A DNA stretch of 64,000 nt from Sedimentisphaerales bacterium (GTDB lineage: Bacteria; Planctomycetota; Phycisphaerae; Sedimentisphaerales; SM23-30): NCBI GenBank assembly GCA_963663965.2, contig CAXXFK010000035.1:1-64000 (forward strand), read 5' to 3'. The position numbers were made by a program, and so were the translations under genes. How positions within the stretch are numbered: the first letter of the stretch is position 1; each line of letters opens with the position of its first letter. This document shows, one piece after another, positions 37,787 through 49,050 of the stretch. Below the pieces are notes generated by a model. That model was given only the letters and a program-made list of their open reading frames with translations, made no database searches and was not told the DNA's origin.

Positions 37787-39175
37787 TTACCATTTACCGG
37801 ATTTAGCCATACTGGGTTTGGGATATTTTTCTAAAACTCTGACGGACTTCTCAAAGTCTTCCTGAGGCAACGGATGGTCCACGAGCTGACCTTCGAGATA
37901 GGCCTGATAGCCCTTGAGGTCCATGAGGCCGTGGCCGCTCCAGTTCATGATAATGACTTTTTCTTTGCCTTCTTCTTTGGCTTTATTCGCTTCGCGAATA
38001 GTAGCCGCGATGGCATGGCTGGTTTCGGGGGCACTGATAAAGCCTTCGGTGCGGGCCCAGAGCAAGGCCGCTTCAAAACATTCGGTTTGATTAATTGCCA
38101 TGGGATTCAGTAATCCTTCGACGGTGGCCTGGGAAACCAGCGGCGCCATACCATGATAACGGAGTCCGCCAGCGTGAATGGGAGATGGTACAAAGGCGTG
38201 CCCTAGCGAATGCATCGGGAGCAGAGGAGTCATTTCAGCAGTATCGCCATGGTCATAAACGAAGGGAGCCCTGGTCAATGTCGGACAGGAGGCCGGTTCG
38301 ACAGGGATAATGTCAATATTGGCGCCATGGATCTTGTCGGCGACAAACGGAAAGGACAGCCCAGCGAAGTTGCTACCGCCGCCGGCACAGCCGATCACGA
38401 CATCCACTTTATTTTCACCGGCCATCGCCAGCTGTTTTTTGGCTTCCAGTCCGATAATTGTCTGATGAAGCATGACATGATTAAGAACACTTCCCAGCGA
38501 ATAACGGGTTTCACCTTTGGGATCGGTGACCGCGGCTTCGATCGCTTCACTGATGGCAATACCCAGGCTGCCGGGGGTATCCGGGTCTTTTTCGAGAATG
38601 GCGCGGCCGGCGTTGGTCTCCATACTGGGACTGGGAATACAAGTACCGCCCCAGGTTTCCATCATTAGGCGGCGGAAGGGCTTCTGGTCGAAGCTGATAC
38701 GCACCATAAATACCTTGCATTCCAGGCCGATCAGGGCACAGGCGAAACTCAGGGCGCTGCCCCATTGGCCGGCACCGGTTTCGGTAGTGAGTTTTTTAAT
38801 ACCAAACTTCTTATTGTACCAGGCCTGTGGAATGGCAGTATTGGGCTTATGGCTACCGGCCGGGCTGACCCCTTCATTTTTATAATAGATACGGGCAGGG
38901 GTACCCAAGGCTTCTTCCAGATATTTGGCGCGATAGAGCGGGCTGGGACGCCAGCGATAGAGGATATCCAGGATTTCTTCGGGGATATCGATCCAGCGAT
39001 CCTGGCATACTTCCTGCTCAATCAGATTCATTGGGAATACGGGAGCGAGCATATCGGGACTGATTGGATTGCCATCCGGCCCCAGCGGCGGCTGTAAGGG
39101 AGTAGGCAGATCGGCTGCCAAATTATACCATTGACGGGGAATGTCTTTTTCGCTGAGGAAATACTTAATTGTCAT
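37787..39175 (-). CDS. trpB2: TrpB-like PLP enzyme (stand-alone TrpB2)
   Basis: [48 protein letters not shown]. Confidence 0.95.
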   Translation of the reverse strand: MTIKYFLSEKDIPRQWYNLAADLPTPLQPPLGPDGNPISPDMLAPVFPMNLIEQEVCQDRWIDIPEEILDILYRWRPSPLYRAKYLEEALGTPARIYYKNEGVSPAGSHKPNTAIPQAWYNKKFGIKKLTTETGAGQWGSALSFACALIGLECKVFMVRISFDQKPFRRLMMETWGGTCIPSPSMETNAGRAILEKDPDTPGSLGIAISEAIEAAVTDPKGETRYSLGSVLNHVMLHQTIIGLEAKKQLAMAGENKVDVVIGCAGGGSNFAGLSFPFVADKIHGANIDIIPVEPASCPTLTRAPFVYDHGDTAEMTPLLPMHSLGHAFVPSPIHAGGLRYHGMAPLVSQATVEGLLNPMAINQTECFEAALLWARTEGFISAPETSHAIAATIREANKAKEEGKEKVIIMNWSGHGLMDLKGYQAYLEGQLVDHPLPQEDFEKSVRVLEKYPKPSMAKSGKW

Positions 39176-39371
39176 AGAGGAAACTCCTGTAATTTAGCGC
39201 CATCGTATTGTTGAAAAGGCACCACAAAAGATTTAACTCATTACCTAACAGAAACTTACCGTAATTTCTGATCGAATTAATCATAAGTTGATTTAATTTT
39301 ACCATAAAACCCAAATCAGACCAATCAAAAAACACTAAAAGGTCATCCCGGCATCCGATTGATTTCATATC

Positions 39372-39411
39372 AAATGAAAGACCGGGGCCACCCATGAGGG
39401 CGCCCCGGTCT
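39372..39411 (-). terminator. Terminator after the LamG protein gene
   Basis: AGACCGGGGC/GCCCCGGTCT stem. Confidence 0.65.
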
Positions 39412-39449
39412 GATAAGAGCTAAATCATACTGGATTGAGTCTAACTAAA

Positions 39450-42377
39450 TCAGTTAGAGGCATCCAATAACCAATCAACAGCGATAATGGCAACATCGTT
39501 AAGATTTACCATACAGTCGCGATTAATGTCCTCAATATTGGTCAGGTTTTCTGGTAAACACAACTTGACGGTGGTATCGTTCTTTTTCAGGTAGAAGTTG
39601 CCAAACTCCCAGGTAAATTCATTGTCACCAACCCAGATGTCATAATGGTCAACATTCGGGCAGTTATCGACGATATCCCACTCATAGTTAAACCATTTGT
39701 TGTTATTGGAATCCATACCCCAAATGGTTTTCTCGGTTAAGGTGTTACCGTTTACATCCTTAGCTCGCAACTGGAAATTGCCATTAGTGTTTCTACCATA
39801 AGCCCAGAAGCCCATCTTATCAAAGTCGTTGAAGTTTATTACACCTTGAACGTAATTGACTCCGATAAGCCCCTGTTGACCTGAAGTACCTTTGCATGTC
39901 CATAGCAATGTCTGGCTCGGAGGCGTGTAGTTCCCGGTACCCGGGGTTGGATCGGTCTTAATAGTGAGAGTACTTGCAGACCAGTCGTCGCCTACTGCAT
40001 AGCGGTCATAATTGGTAATATTAGGATCACCGCCTGTAACATCCCAGGCATCCTGATCGATGACCAGATATTCATCCGGTGGGGTCGCGGAAGTATCATC
40101 GAGCCATTTACCGGCGATCATTCCCAGATCGTCACCGTTTAATTTCAGGTCACCATTCAGATCTGTCGTCAGATCACGCACGGTAAAGAGCCAAGTAGCA
40201 CTTTCAACATCACCTTTTGGCAAAGTCGCGGTTACTCTCCAAGCGTACTGAGTATTCAGATCGAGTTTGTGGCCTAATTTTGCCACGACATCAAAGCTTC
40301 TAACATCACCCGCGAGTGGGAAGCTCTGAGCGTCCGAGAGGTCCGACATCTTACCAATTTCCAGCGTTTGAGACGTTGTGTCGCCAGAACCGGTCCACTC
40401 AAGAACGACATCCCAAGCTACCTCGGTCGTGCCGCTGGAAGGAACCGGAAGGATCGGAGCGCCGCCGGCGCCATTCACAAATTCAGTGATTACCTCGTCA
40501 AGACTAATGGCTTTGTTATACAGCTTGATATCATCAACTTTTCCATTGAAAGGCTGTGAACCTTCCAAGGCATTGCCGACGCAGAAGTAAGTTTTGAGTG
40601 GATTCATATGAATACTATACGTATTGGCAAGAGCGCCATCCACATACCAGTAAGCGATACCGGCATTACTGTCATATACCAAAGCATGAAAATGCCAGAA
40701 TTCTCTAAGGAAACTGTCATCATTTGGAGTCGCTTTATATTGATCCCAATTGATGCCCCAGACATAGCGTTTGCCGTTGTAGCGTCCCATCTCAAATATC
40801 TCATAACCGGTAGGATCCCCATTAGCAATGATGGTTTCCCAAGCTCCAGGACTTTCCGCATAGCTGTATTCCCAGAACGTGAAACTAAAGGTTCCGCCGG
40901 AGGGGATATCGGCAGTCGAAATCTTGATTGGATCCTGGGCGAAATCACCAGCGAAGTCCGCCGACTGGGCGCCAATGTACCCTTCAGCAAAATGAGGAGT
41001 TCCTCTAATACCATCGTTGTCACCTATCGTATCAACGAGGTCTCCATCCAATGGCCAGTAGCTAATCAGTCCGCCAGTTGTAAAGGAACTAACAGGTCCT
41101 TCTGATACTACGGCACCAGCATGTTTACTGACAATCTTTATCTGATAGGTCGTATTATCGTTCAATTGTGGCGCCAGCCATTGATTATCACTAACCGACG
41201 CGATCGGGGCTCCAGGGATCGTTTCGCCAAAATAAATATCGTAACTATCGATGTAGGTAGATCCCGCTGAATCGCCATCCCAGGTAATAACCAAGCCATC
41301 CGTGGCAACCCTGATCGCGCCATCGGCCGGCCAAACGCCGGTAATGTTACCACCGGTGTAGAATGACAGAACCTCACCCGGTTGGACACCATCATCATCA
41401 TTGATATCCACACGCCAGAAATAGGTCTGGTTAGGATCCAGGGGAGATGACGGCGTATAGCTCGGGTCAGAAACGGTAGCCAGCTTACTCAGGCTATTCA
41501 TTTCGGTGCCTAAATAGACATCATAGGTGACGGTTCCAGTAGTATACAGGGAATCCCAGGTAAAGGAAATGTCCTGGCCCTGACGCTTTGCCTTATTGGC
41601 GGGAGATTGACGAAGAACCATGGGGACGAGAGGATCACTGGTATATGTGGTGGTTAAACCGTATTTATCAGCCAGATATTTACCAACCGCATTATCTTCA
41701 ATTGGAGTCAACGGACGATTAAAAATTAACAGCTCCGCCAGCAAACCATTCCACTGCCGGCCTTTTTGTGTCCGGTCACAGGAGAACGTTGAGGCGGTCA
41801 CGCCTTCTGTCGTGACCAGGCTCACAACAGAAAGGTATGTCGGCGGCTTGGTAGTCACACCATCGATTTTGGCACCGTTAATCCGAGTGGTACCGTTGAT
41901 AATCCCCCTATGAGTCCAGCCATTCTGGGTATTCCACATCTCGCCATTTCTACCGTCTCCAGGAATATTTCGGTGGAAATGGTAGGCGCTAGTATCTCCC
42001 AGCATAAACCCAGTCTGATTCGCGCCGGGATTTTCTTTAATAACCCAATAGACCGTTCGGATATCAGTCCTTCTGGCAAATTTGATATAACTGCCAATGA
42101 CATTATCAGCACCATCGAAATTAACTGCCGGCATCCCATTACTAACATTAGCGACAAAGTTCGGGTCAGTCATATTCGGATCCGCTGATCGCACGACAAC
42201 GCCGTCGCTGCCAACCGTCGCGGGCCAACTGGCAATTGTTGCCCCATTTGCCACGCCGGTAATGGCGTCGGCCTCAAGATGCAATACTAAAGAATCGGTT
42301 ACCGGTGAAGCGGCAAAGGCCACCCCAACTGACATAAAAAGAGATACAATCCATAGCAACACACTAGACCTTTTCAT
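39450..42377 (-). CDS. Secreted LamG/Ig-like multidomain protein with two dockerin/EF-hand-like repeats
   Basis: Signal peptide, LamG-type ends (AELLIFNRPL, FNGKVDDIKLYN), YFWRVD repeats, DLNGDLKLNGDD and DINRDCMVNLND. Confidence 0.85.
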   Translation of the reverse strand: MKRSSVLLWIVSLFMSVGVAFAASPVTDSLVLHLEADAITGVANGATIASWPATVGSDGVVVRSADPNMTDPNFVANVSNGMPAVNFDGADNVIGSYIKFARRTDIRTVYWVIKENPGANQTGFMLGDTSAYHFHRNIPGDGRNGEMWNTQNGWTHRGIINGTTRINGAKIDGVTTKPPTYLSVVSLVTTEGVTASTFSCDRTQKGRQWNGLLAELLIFNRPLTPIEDNAVGKYLADKYGLTTTYTSDPLVPMVLRQSPANKAKRQGQDISFTWDSLYTTGTVTYDVYLGTEMNSLSKLATVSDPSYTPSSPLDPNQTYFWRVDINDDDGVQPGEVLSFYTGGNITGVWPADGAIRVATDGLVITWDGDSAGSTYIDSYDIYFGETIPGAPIASVSDNQWLAPQLNDNTTYQIKIVSKHAGAVVSEGPVSSFTTGGLISYWPLDGDLVDTIGDNDGIRGTPHFAEGYIGAQSADFAGDFAQDPIKISTADIPSGGTFSFTFWEYSYAESPGAWETIIANGDPTGYEIFEMGRYNGKRYVWGINWDQYKATPNDDSFLREFWHFHALVYDSNAGIAYWYVDGALANTYSIHMNPLKTYFCVGNALEGSQPFNGKVDDIKLYNKAISLDEVITEFVNGAGGAPILPVPSSGTTEVAWDVVLEWTGSGDTTSQTLEIGKMSDLSDAQSFPLAGDVRSFDVVAKLGHKLDLNTQYAWRVTATLPKGDVESATWLFTVRDLTTDLNGDLKLNGDDLGMIAGKWLDDTSATPPDEYLVIDQDAWDVTGGDPNITNYDRYAVGDDWSASTLTIKTDPTPGTGNYTPPSQTLLWTCKGTSGQQGLIGVNYVQGVINFNDFDKMGFWAYGRNTNGNFQLRAKDVNGNTLTEKTIWGMDSNNNKWFNYEWDIVDNCPNVDHYDIWVGDNEFTWEFGNFYLKKNDTTVKLCLPENLTNIEDINRDCMVNLNDVAIIAVDWLLDASN

Positions 42378-43550
42378 AACTTATTCTCCTGATAAAAACA
42401 AAAATTAGTAAAAACCTACATCAGGTTTTAATCTATTCACATAATACGTACTATTAAAATCAACCAATTCAACTTGATGTTGTTTTTTCGATCCCAAACC
42501 TCGAAAACAACCACAGTTTAAATGAATTCGTCAAATCGATATCTCTTTGTTTTTTGACGGGAAAATTACTTGACCTTGAAAGTTTCTATTAGAAAGTTCT
42601 CCAAATTAACGTTAAACCAGGATTATACCTGATAGTTACTTAGAGCTTTGGCCGACAGCAACATTTTCCGCTCAGCCTCGCAATGTTTAATGAAACTTCT
42701 TATATATACTAGTGTAAAGCATGGATTTGAGATGTCCACAAAAAAAACAAAAACATTTAAACTGCCAGAGAGTTCGATCAGAGAATCAATCTTAACTACA
42801 AATACGTCACACCTGACAACGAGAAACCGGTTTAACCTGTTAAATTGACGATATTAACGTGCATAAAAACACAAGGGAACCGGGAGGCAGATTCTTTTAT
42901 TGCCAGCGTAAAACAACAAGTATTAACCGATTTGACTCTCATATGCCAGTTATGACATATTCCAGGTTGATATTTTGCTATTAATCAAGAAATTCCTTTG
43001 GTTTTCATCAAATTGCTCATTGCGTTTGTCAATTTGAATGAAATTCTGCAAAATAATTGCCAATTTTTTAATGAAGGAAAGAAATTTCCAAGTCTAAGGA
43101 TAAAATAACCTATTTTATACAAACTGGAATATACTCGTTTCATTTATATCGGGATCAAACCGGATTAGACTTTTTCCCATCATTGAATTAGACAGCCTAT
43201 TTTGTTTATTAATCGCTCTCGGGCTTATATCTAAGAATAATCCAGGCACGTGAAAGTGATAAAAAAATGCTGAATTGATCTAATCAAAATCACGATCCTA
43301 TGTTACAGCAGCTATGATCGAATTAATCTGAGTTATGATATTCGTAGCATTCAGCTAAATTAAACGATCAATTGGATTTAATTATCAAAAGTTCCCCCAA
43401 CAGTAAAATTAAAGTCGAACATGGACCGTAGCGCAATTTTTCCGCCATAAATTAATGACAAAGAATTTAGTTGCGACAGTTTAAGTCCTTGATATTCTTA
43501 ATATAAGCAAGCTATTTAATGAGAAATCCATTGCAAAAAGGAAACATGCT

Positions 43551-44621
43551 ATGGCAACAGAATCATCCGGGGAATATCCTCTGGCCGACGAACCCCAGTA
43601 TACCCGATATGCCGGAAATAACTCGAATCCTGCACCGCAGGCCATCCCAGTGTATATGCCTACTCAACAACAACCTCCCAAAAAGCGGTGGTCATTAATC
43701 CGATTTCTGTTCCGAACCGCCATTACCCTGATTTTTCTGATTTCAATCGGCGCGAACATCTATTTTGCAAGTCTTTTTACGGACGGAATTTACGCCGATA
43801 CTTATCATATGGGCGCCGACATGAAACATCAATTGGCTCTGATTGAGTTGAATGATACCATCGATATGAATACGGCAGAATATTTCCGCAAAGCATTACA
43901 AAAGGCTCATGATGATGAGAGCATTAAAGGAATTATTCTGGTCATCAACAGTCCGGGCGGCGAAGTGACTCCTTCGGATATGATTACGGAAAATATCCTC
44001 CGGGTCAAAGAGCATGCCAATAAACCGGTCTACGCCGTCATCGAACAAGTCGGCGCCAGCGGGGCTTATTGGGTCGCTTCGGCGGCGGATACCATCTACG
44101 GCCAGCAACACAGCGTCATAGGAAGCATTGGCGTTATTTATGTGAATATGGTTCTGGAAGAGGCTTTAAGGAACAAGTTGGGAGTCGATCCAGTGGTCAT
44201 CAAATCGTCCCGATCGCCCCATAAAGACCAGGGTTCTCCATTCAGGAAACCCAGCGAAGAAGAAATTCTGGATATCCAAGCGGATCTTGACACCATCCAC
44301 CGGGATTTCGTTGAGACCGTTATGCAAAATCGAAACCTGACTTCCGACCAAGTCTGGGAACTGGCCAATGGCGATGTATTTGACGGCCCGGAATCACTGG
44401 CCCATCACTTGATCGATAAACTTGGGGTATTGCAGGATGCCATTTCAGAGATGAGTGATGACCTGGGGTTGGCTGATCCAACCATTATTATCTATCGCCA
44501 ACATACCTCATTCCAGGAAATGCTGGCCGCCCGACGCCAAACAGAATTGTTCAATCTGCAACACCAATTTGACGCGCTGATTCGCAAACCCCGTATACAG
44601 GCAATCTGGCTGGGCCACTAA
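43551..44621 (+). CDS. sppA: Signal peptide peptidase SppA (S49)
   Basis: INSPGG, GASGAYWVA, GSIGV, N-terminal TM. Confidence 0.92.
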   Translation: MATESSGEYPLADEPQYTRYAGNNSNPAPQAIPVYMPTQQQPPKKRWSLIRFLFRTAITLIFLISIGANIYFASLFTDGIYADTYHMGADMKHQLALIELNDTIDMNTAEYFRKALQKAHDDESIKGIILVINSPGGEVTPSDMITENILRVKEHANKPVYAVIEQVGASGAYWVASAADTIYGQQHSVIGSIGVIYVNMVLEEALRNKLGVDPVVIKSSRSPHKDQGSPFRKPSEEEILDIQADLDTIHRDFVETVMQNRNLTSDQVWELANGDVFDGPESLAHHLIDKLGVLQDAISEMSDDLGLADPTIIIYRQHTSFQEMLAARRQTELFNLQHQFDALIRKPRIQAIWLGH

Positions 44622-44743
44622 CAGATCCACAGGCATCCCCATCGGGTATGAAAAGATCCGATCGCTCGTAAGCCAAGTTTCAATTCGTAAAAGACTAGTT
44701 TTACGGCCAGGCGAGCCTTGTCAATTGCTAACGGCATATAAAG

Positions 44744-45643
44744 ATGAACGGATTCATAGAGATTCTTGGAATTCTGGCTCTCATCGCGGCGGGCATGGCC
44801 AGCGGGAAGTATTTTTCCGGTCTGAAATCGCCCTGGTGGTTAACCGGTTATTTACTTCCAATGTGTCTGGTTCTGATGGTTGCGATCAGCCGCTTTAATC
44901 CGTCTCTGTCATTTCGGGAACCGTTTGTCATGATCACCCGCGGCCGAACCGAGTTTGTGCTGATGGCAGCGGCAATCACCATGATGTTCATGACCCTGTT
45001 GCCACGCCTGCATAACCGACGCACGCGCCGACTTCTGTTAGGCTTCATGGCGCTGACCACGCCCTATTTTTCCCTGACCCCATTTCTGGGCCCCCTGCTG
45101 GTCCGGCATGAACTCAACCATCTGGAGATGAACATGTTTCCGGGCGGCATTTGTGTCCAATCCACCAATTATACCTGCGGCCCGGCCGCGATGGTATCCG
45201 CCCTGTGGCAACTGGGCATCAAAGCGGAAGAAGGCGATCTGGCCATTCGAGCGTATACGAATCCGTTCTCCGGAACCCCGGAAGACCTGTTGCTGGAAGC
45301 AACCCTGCAATGTTATGGTGACCTGGGGGTGGAATGTGAATATCGCCAGTTCCGATCGATGGACGAATTACGCCAGGCAGGATTAACCGTAGCGCTCGTG
45401 CGATTCCGTTTTATGATCGATCATTATGTCACGGTGTTCGAGGTGAATGAAGACAGCGTCGTGCTGGCCGATCCCGCAGAAGGCAGTCAGCGTATCAGTG
45501 TGGAGCAGTTCGAACGCACCTGGAAAAGAACCGGGATTATCCTTCGCCGACGCGACTTCCATTATCAAAATCCTACCTTCTTCCAAACCGAAACAACCGA
45601 CCCTGACGAGGCGAATCCGCCTTCGTTTATTTCTTCTTTTTAG
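44744..45643 (+). CDS. Membrane-anchored C39-family cysteine peptidase
   Basis: About 4 TMs, then QSTNYTCGPAA, DHYV and LADP. Confidence 0.85.
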   Translation: MNGFIEILGILALIAAGMASGKYFSGLKSPWWLTGYLLPMCLVLMVAISRFNPSLSFREPFVMITRGRTEFVLMAAAITMMFMTLLPRLHNRRTRRLLLGFMALTTPYFSLTPFLGPLLVRHELNHLEMNMFPGGICVQSTNYTCGPAAMVSALWQLGIKAEEGDLAIRAYTNPFSGTPEDLLLEATLQCYGDLGVECEYRQFRSMDELRQAGLTVALVRFRFMIDHYVTVFEVNEDSVVLADPAEGSQRISVEQFERTWKRTGIILRRRDFHYQNPTFFQTETTDPDEANPPSFISSF

Positions 45644-47051
45644 CCGGGGCTTTCAAACAGATCCGATCAATTGTACTCTTATCATAAATCTGATAGAACT
45701 GGCAACCCACCACATACCATTGGCTGATATTTTTTTCGCACCAGACCACGCGCGCCAGGGCGTTCCAGTCTTTCCCAGGCCCATCAAATCCTTCGAGCGT
45801 CAAACAGACATTGGTATCTTTCAGAAATGACCGGCCACTGAGAAAGCCAAATCCAGACCGGGAAATATTACTCATCATAAATTGCTCGGATTTACCCAGT
45901 TTGACTTTGCCCTCTTCCCGGGTAACCTCGCGAACCAACACACTGGTCCGCATATAATGGCGTTTGTGGCGACGGGGCGTATCGAATTTGTCCTCCCATT
46001 CGGTATCGGCGACTTCCTGCAGCCGTTTAACCAGAGAGGTAGTCAGGCTGTTTTGACAAATGATTCCAATTAAAGCCCTGGCAGCCGGCGCATGGTATTT
46101 GTCATAAGAATGATCATTAATATAGGACAAAACAATTTCCAGCGGTTCGTTTTCCTGACGATAACTGCGCTGGGATGTCATGGCGTCAAATACATCGGCC
46201 ACCGAGATAATCATACCCAAATCCGACAGATCTTTAGCCGTCAATCCCCGCGGATAGCCTTTGCCATCAAGGGTTTCGTGATGTTCCAGGATCAAACGGA
46301 CAATGGCCGGGTCCAGATCCTGGATCTCTTTGATCATCTCGGCGCCCAACATGACGTGTTTTTGAACCAGCGCCTTTTGCTCGTCGGTCAGTTTATCCGT
46401 AGAATGTAATATCCCGGGAGGGATTCTGGCCTTGCCCAGGTCGTGAAACAGCGAACCAACAGCCAGAGCCATCCAGTCTTCCTTCAGCAATTTTAACCGG
46501 ATGGCAATCGCGATACTATAAAAACAGACATTGGCGCTATGGCAACCCACGGAATCTTCGTGGTCCATAATATTCACAATCTGTTTGAAGGCATGTTCTT
46601 CGATAACAAAAAATTCCACAACCGCTTCGGCAACCTTACGAACCTGCTGGTAGAGTTCCGACATGGAAAACTGTCCAGTGGAGGTATATTCAAAGAAATT
46701 TTCAGCCAGTACCGACGCGGTTTCATAAAGAAATTGAGCACGGATATTAACGGGCAACGAAATATTCGTAACAATTTTAGTTAAGGTGTCCTGCACGACA
46801 CGGTAATAATTAACCGCCTTACTCTTTTCGATATAAAGGCATTCAATGCCCTCGTGTAATAAGCGGTTTTTGTCTTCATTGGTGAATTCGGTGGCACTGT
46901 TGCAATAAAGGGTGAAATTGCCCTGATTATCGATATAGCATTCCAGTCCTTGCAGCCCCTCTAGAGGGACACAACGTAAGGACACCGGAATGTATCCATC
47001 CCGCTTGGTGTATTTGGCAACCTGAATTTCATCAATGACTTGATCGGTCAT
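45627..47051 (-). CDS. HD-GYP domain protein with C-terminal PilZ domain
   Basis: FHDLGK, HHETLDGKGYP; PilZ motifs RRHKR and NISRSG. Confidence 0.9.
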   Translation of the reverse strand: MTDQVIDEIQVAKYTKRDGYIPVSLRCVPLEGLQGLECYIDNQGNFTLYCNSATEFTNEDKNRLLHEGIECLYIEKSKAVNYYRVVQDTLTKIVTNISLPVNIRAQFLYETASVLAENFFEYTSTGQFSMSELYQQVRKVAEAVVEFFVIEEHAFKQIVNIMDHEDSVGCHSANVCFYSIAIAIRLKLLKEDWMALAVGSLFHDLGKARIPPGILHSTDKLTDEQKALVQKHVMLGAEMIKEIQDLDPAIVRLILEHHETLDGKGYPRGLTAKDLSDLGMIISVADVFDAMTSQRSYRQENEPLEIVLSYINDHSYDKYHAPAARALIGIICQNSLTTSLVKRLQEVADTEWEDKFDTPRRHKRHYMRTSVLVREVTREEGKVKLGKSEQFMMSNISRSGFGFLSGRSFLKDTNVCLTLEGFDGPGKDWNALARVVWCEKNISQWYVVGCQFYQIYDKSTIDRICLKAPAKKKK

Positions 47052-47362
47052 GTGTTTAAATTACCTATTGTCTCTAACCATCTCTCAAACCGTAATGTTC
47101 AATAAATTGATCGCGTATTACCGTGATCGACTGGTATTCATACTATCTTAAATGGAATCTGGTACGACCAAAAATTGGGAGTCAGACTAAGTATTCAAAC
47201 CAGCTAAAAACACCAAAAAAGCTTTTAGCAACGCAATTTTATTATACAAAATTGGTCTAAAAAACAAATTTCAATGCTTAATATAAACTCAACTTAGAAA
47301 AGCTTGAAACCAACAGATTTCATATAAATTTATAACTTTTTTGGAATGTCCGATAATAACAA

Positions 47363-48421
47363 TCATTTTGCCATAAACTTATAAACTGTTGTCGACGAAA
47401 AGGTATCGCCGGGATTGAGAATCGTTGAAGGGAAATCGGGGCGGTTGGGTGAATCGGGGAAGTGTTGGGTTTCAAGACAGAAGCCGTTTCTTATCCGGTA
47501 GACTTTTGCGGCTTTACCGGTAATTGTGCCATCCAGATAATTGCCAGTATAGAGTTGCACCCCGGGTTCGGTCGTATAGACTTCCATGATGCGTCCACTT
47601 GAAGTTTCTTCAGCCCGTGCGGCCAGCGATAATTCGTCAGACGTTTTGTTAAGAATAAAACAGTGATCATATCCCTTCCCAAAAGCGAGCTGCTGATGAT
47701 CGGCTTCGATGTCACGACCTATCGGTTTCGATTGTCGAAAGTCAAACGGGGTTCCCGCAACTGACGCGGGTTCAGCCAATGGAATGGCTGTTTCATCGGT
47801 GGGCAGAAATTGATCGGCGTTGATGGCGAGCAGATGACTTAAAATATCACCATTACCCTGCCCGGCCAGATTGAAATAGCTGTGATTCGTTAAATTAATA
47901 ATCGTCGTCTTATCGGTTTCCGCCTGGTAAGTAATTTTCAGCTCGTTCGTATTCGTCAAGGTATAAGTGACCGATACCGACAACGTGCCGGGATAGTTTT
48001 CTTCACCATCCGGACTGACATATGAAAAGATCACATTATTGTCGGTTTTGGTTTCATGAATCACAGCGGTCCAGATAACTTTGTCAAACCCTCTTAAGCC
48101 ACCATGCAGATGGTTGGGCCCGTTATTCGTCGCCAATTGATATTCGACATCGTTGAGGCGAAATCGTCCCCGGGCGATCCGGTTGCCGTGCCGACCAATA
48201 GTCGCGCCCAGATAGGGCTCGTTTCTGAGCCAGCCATCCAAAGAGTCATAACCCAATACGATGTCGGCGACAGCGCCGTGGCGATCCGGCGTTTCAAGTG
48301 AAATCAGAATAGCGCCATAATTAATAACCCGGGCACAAACGCCACTGGGATTGCTCATGGTAAAAACAGTAATATCCTGACCATCGGGCATCTGTCCGTA
48401 TCGTGCTTTTGTTATCGCCAT
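47363..48421 (-). CDS. galM: Aldose 1-epimerase (galactose mutarotase)
   Basis: GRHGNRI, HLHGG, NLTNHSYFNL, GYDH, FCLETQHFPDSPN. Confidence 0.96.
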   Translation of the reverse strand: MAITKARYGQMPDGQDITVFTMSNPSGVCARVINYGAILISLETPDRHGAVADIVLGYDSLDGWLRNEPYLGATIGRHGNRIARGRFRLNDVEYQLATNNGPNHLHGGLRGFDKVIWTAVIHETKTDNNVIFSYVSPDGEENYPGTLSVSVTYTLTNTNELKITYQAETDKTTIINLTNHSYFNLAGQGNGDILSHLLAINADQFLPTDETAIPLAEPASVAGTPFDFRQSKPIGRDIEADHQQLAFGKGYDHCFILNKTSDELSLAARAEETSSGRIMEVYTTEPGVQLYTGNYLDGTITGKAAKVYRIRNGFCLETQHFPDSPNRPDFPSTILNPGDTFSSTTVYKFMAK

Positions 48422-48558
48422 AATAAGCTCCTATCATTTTAAACAGCCATCAATTTTGTAATACCATTTCACTATAAGGGTCTGCTGTCGTATTGTCAAA
48501 TATTCAAAACGAAACACCCTCTTAATACAACCCAGCCTTCGCTCAGTTCACCTCAGAC

Positions 48559-49050
48559 TCAAGGATTGAGAATTACTTGAAGATATCGCCCGACCTGCCC
48601 GGGATCACTGCCATCAGGCGCCCAGGGCGCCTTATCAGCGTCATCCGGATTAAAAGGCCCGGCCGTGGTCTCATGAATTACGACATAGGGCGTTAGTGGA
48701 ATAACCATGTGCCACCAGGCACAATTGATGCGGCAGTAAAAAGGTCGGCCGGAGCGGCATTCTCCCAGATATAAACGCTGGGTCACCTGACCGGCATTAT
48801 CAAAAAAGATCACCAGCACTTCGCCTTCAATGATATGAAAGGATTCACTTTTTCGGTGATGCCGATGGGGATGGACGTAGGTATCCTTACGCATGGCGAT
48901 GATCATTTCGTGAATGCTATCATCGGGATTGCGGTGCAGACAATAGCGAGCCCGCTTGAGCGGAGAGTCATCGGCAAGCTGCTTGATCCGGGCGAAGTCA
49001 CTTTGGCCCAGTTGGATCAGGTCACAGTTTTCAAAATAAATCGCACTCAT
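48559..49050 (-). CDS. WbuC-family cupin metalloprotein
   Basis: RARYCLH, YVHPHRH, KSESF, HETTAGPF, APWAP. Confidence 0.85.
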   Translation of the reverse strand: MSAIYFENCDLIQLGQSDFARIKQLADDSPLKRARYCLHRNPDDSIHEMIIAMRKDTYVHPHRHHRKSESFHIIEGEVLVIFFDNAGQVTQRLYLGECRSGRPFYCRINCAWWHMVIPLTPYVVIHETTAGPFNPDDADKAPWAPDGSDPGQVGRYLQVILNP

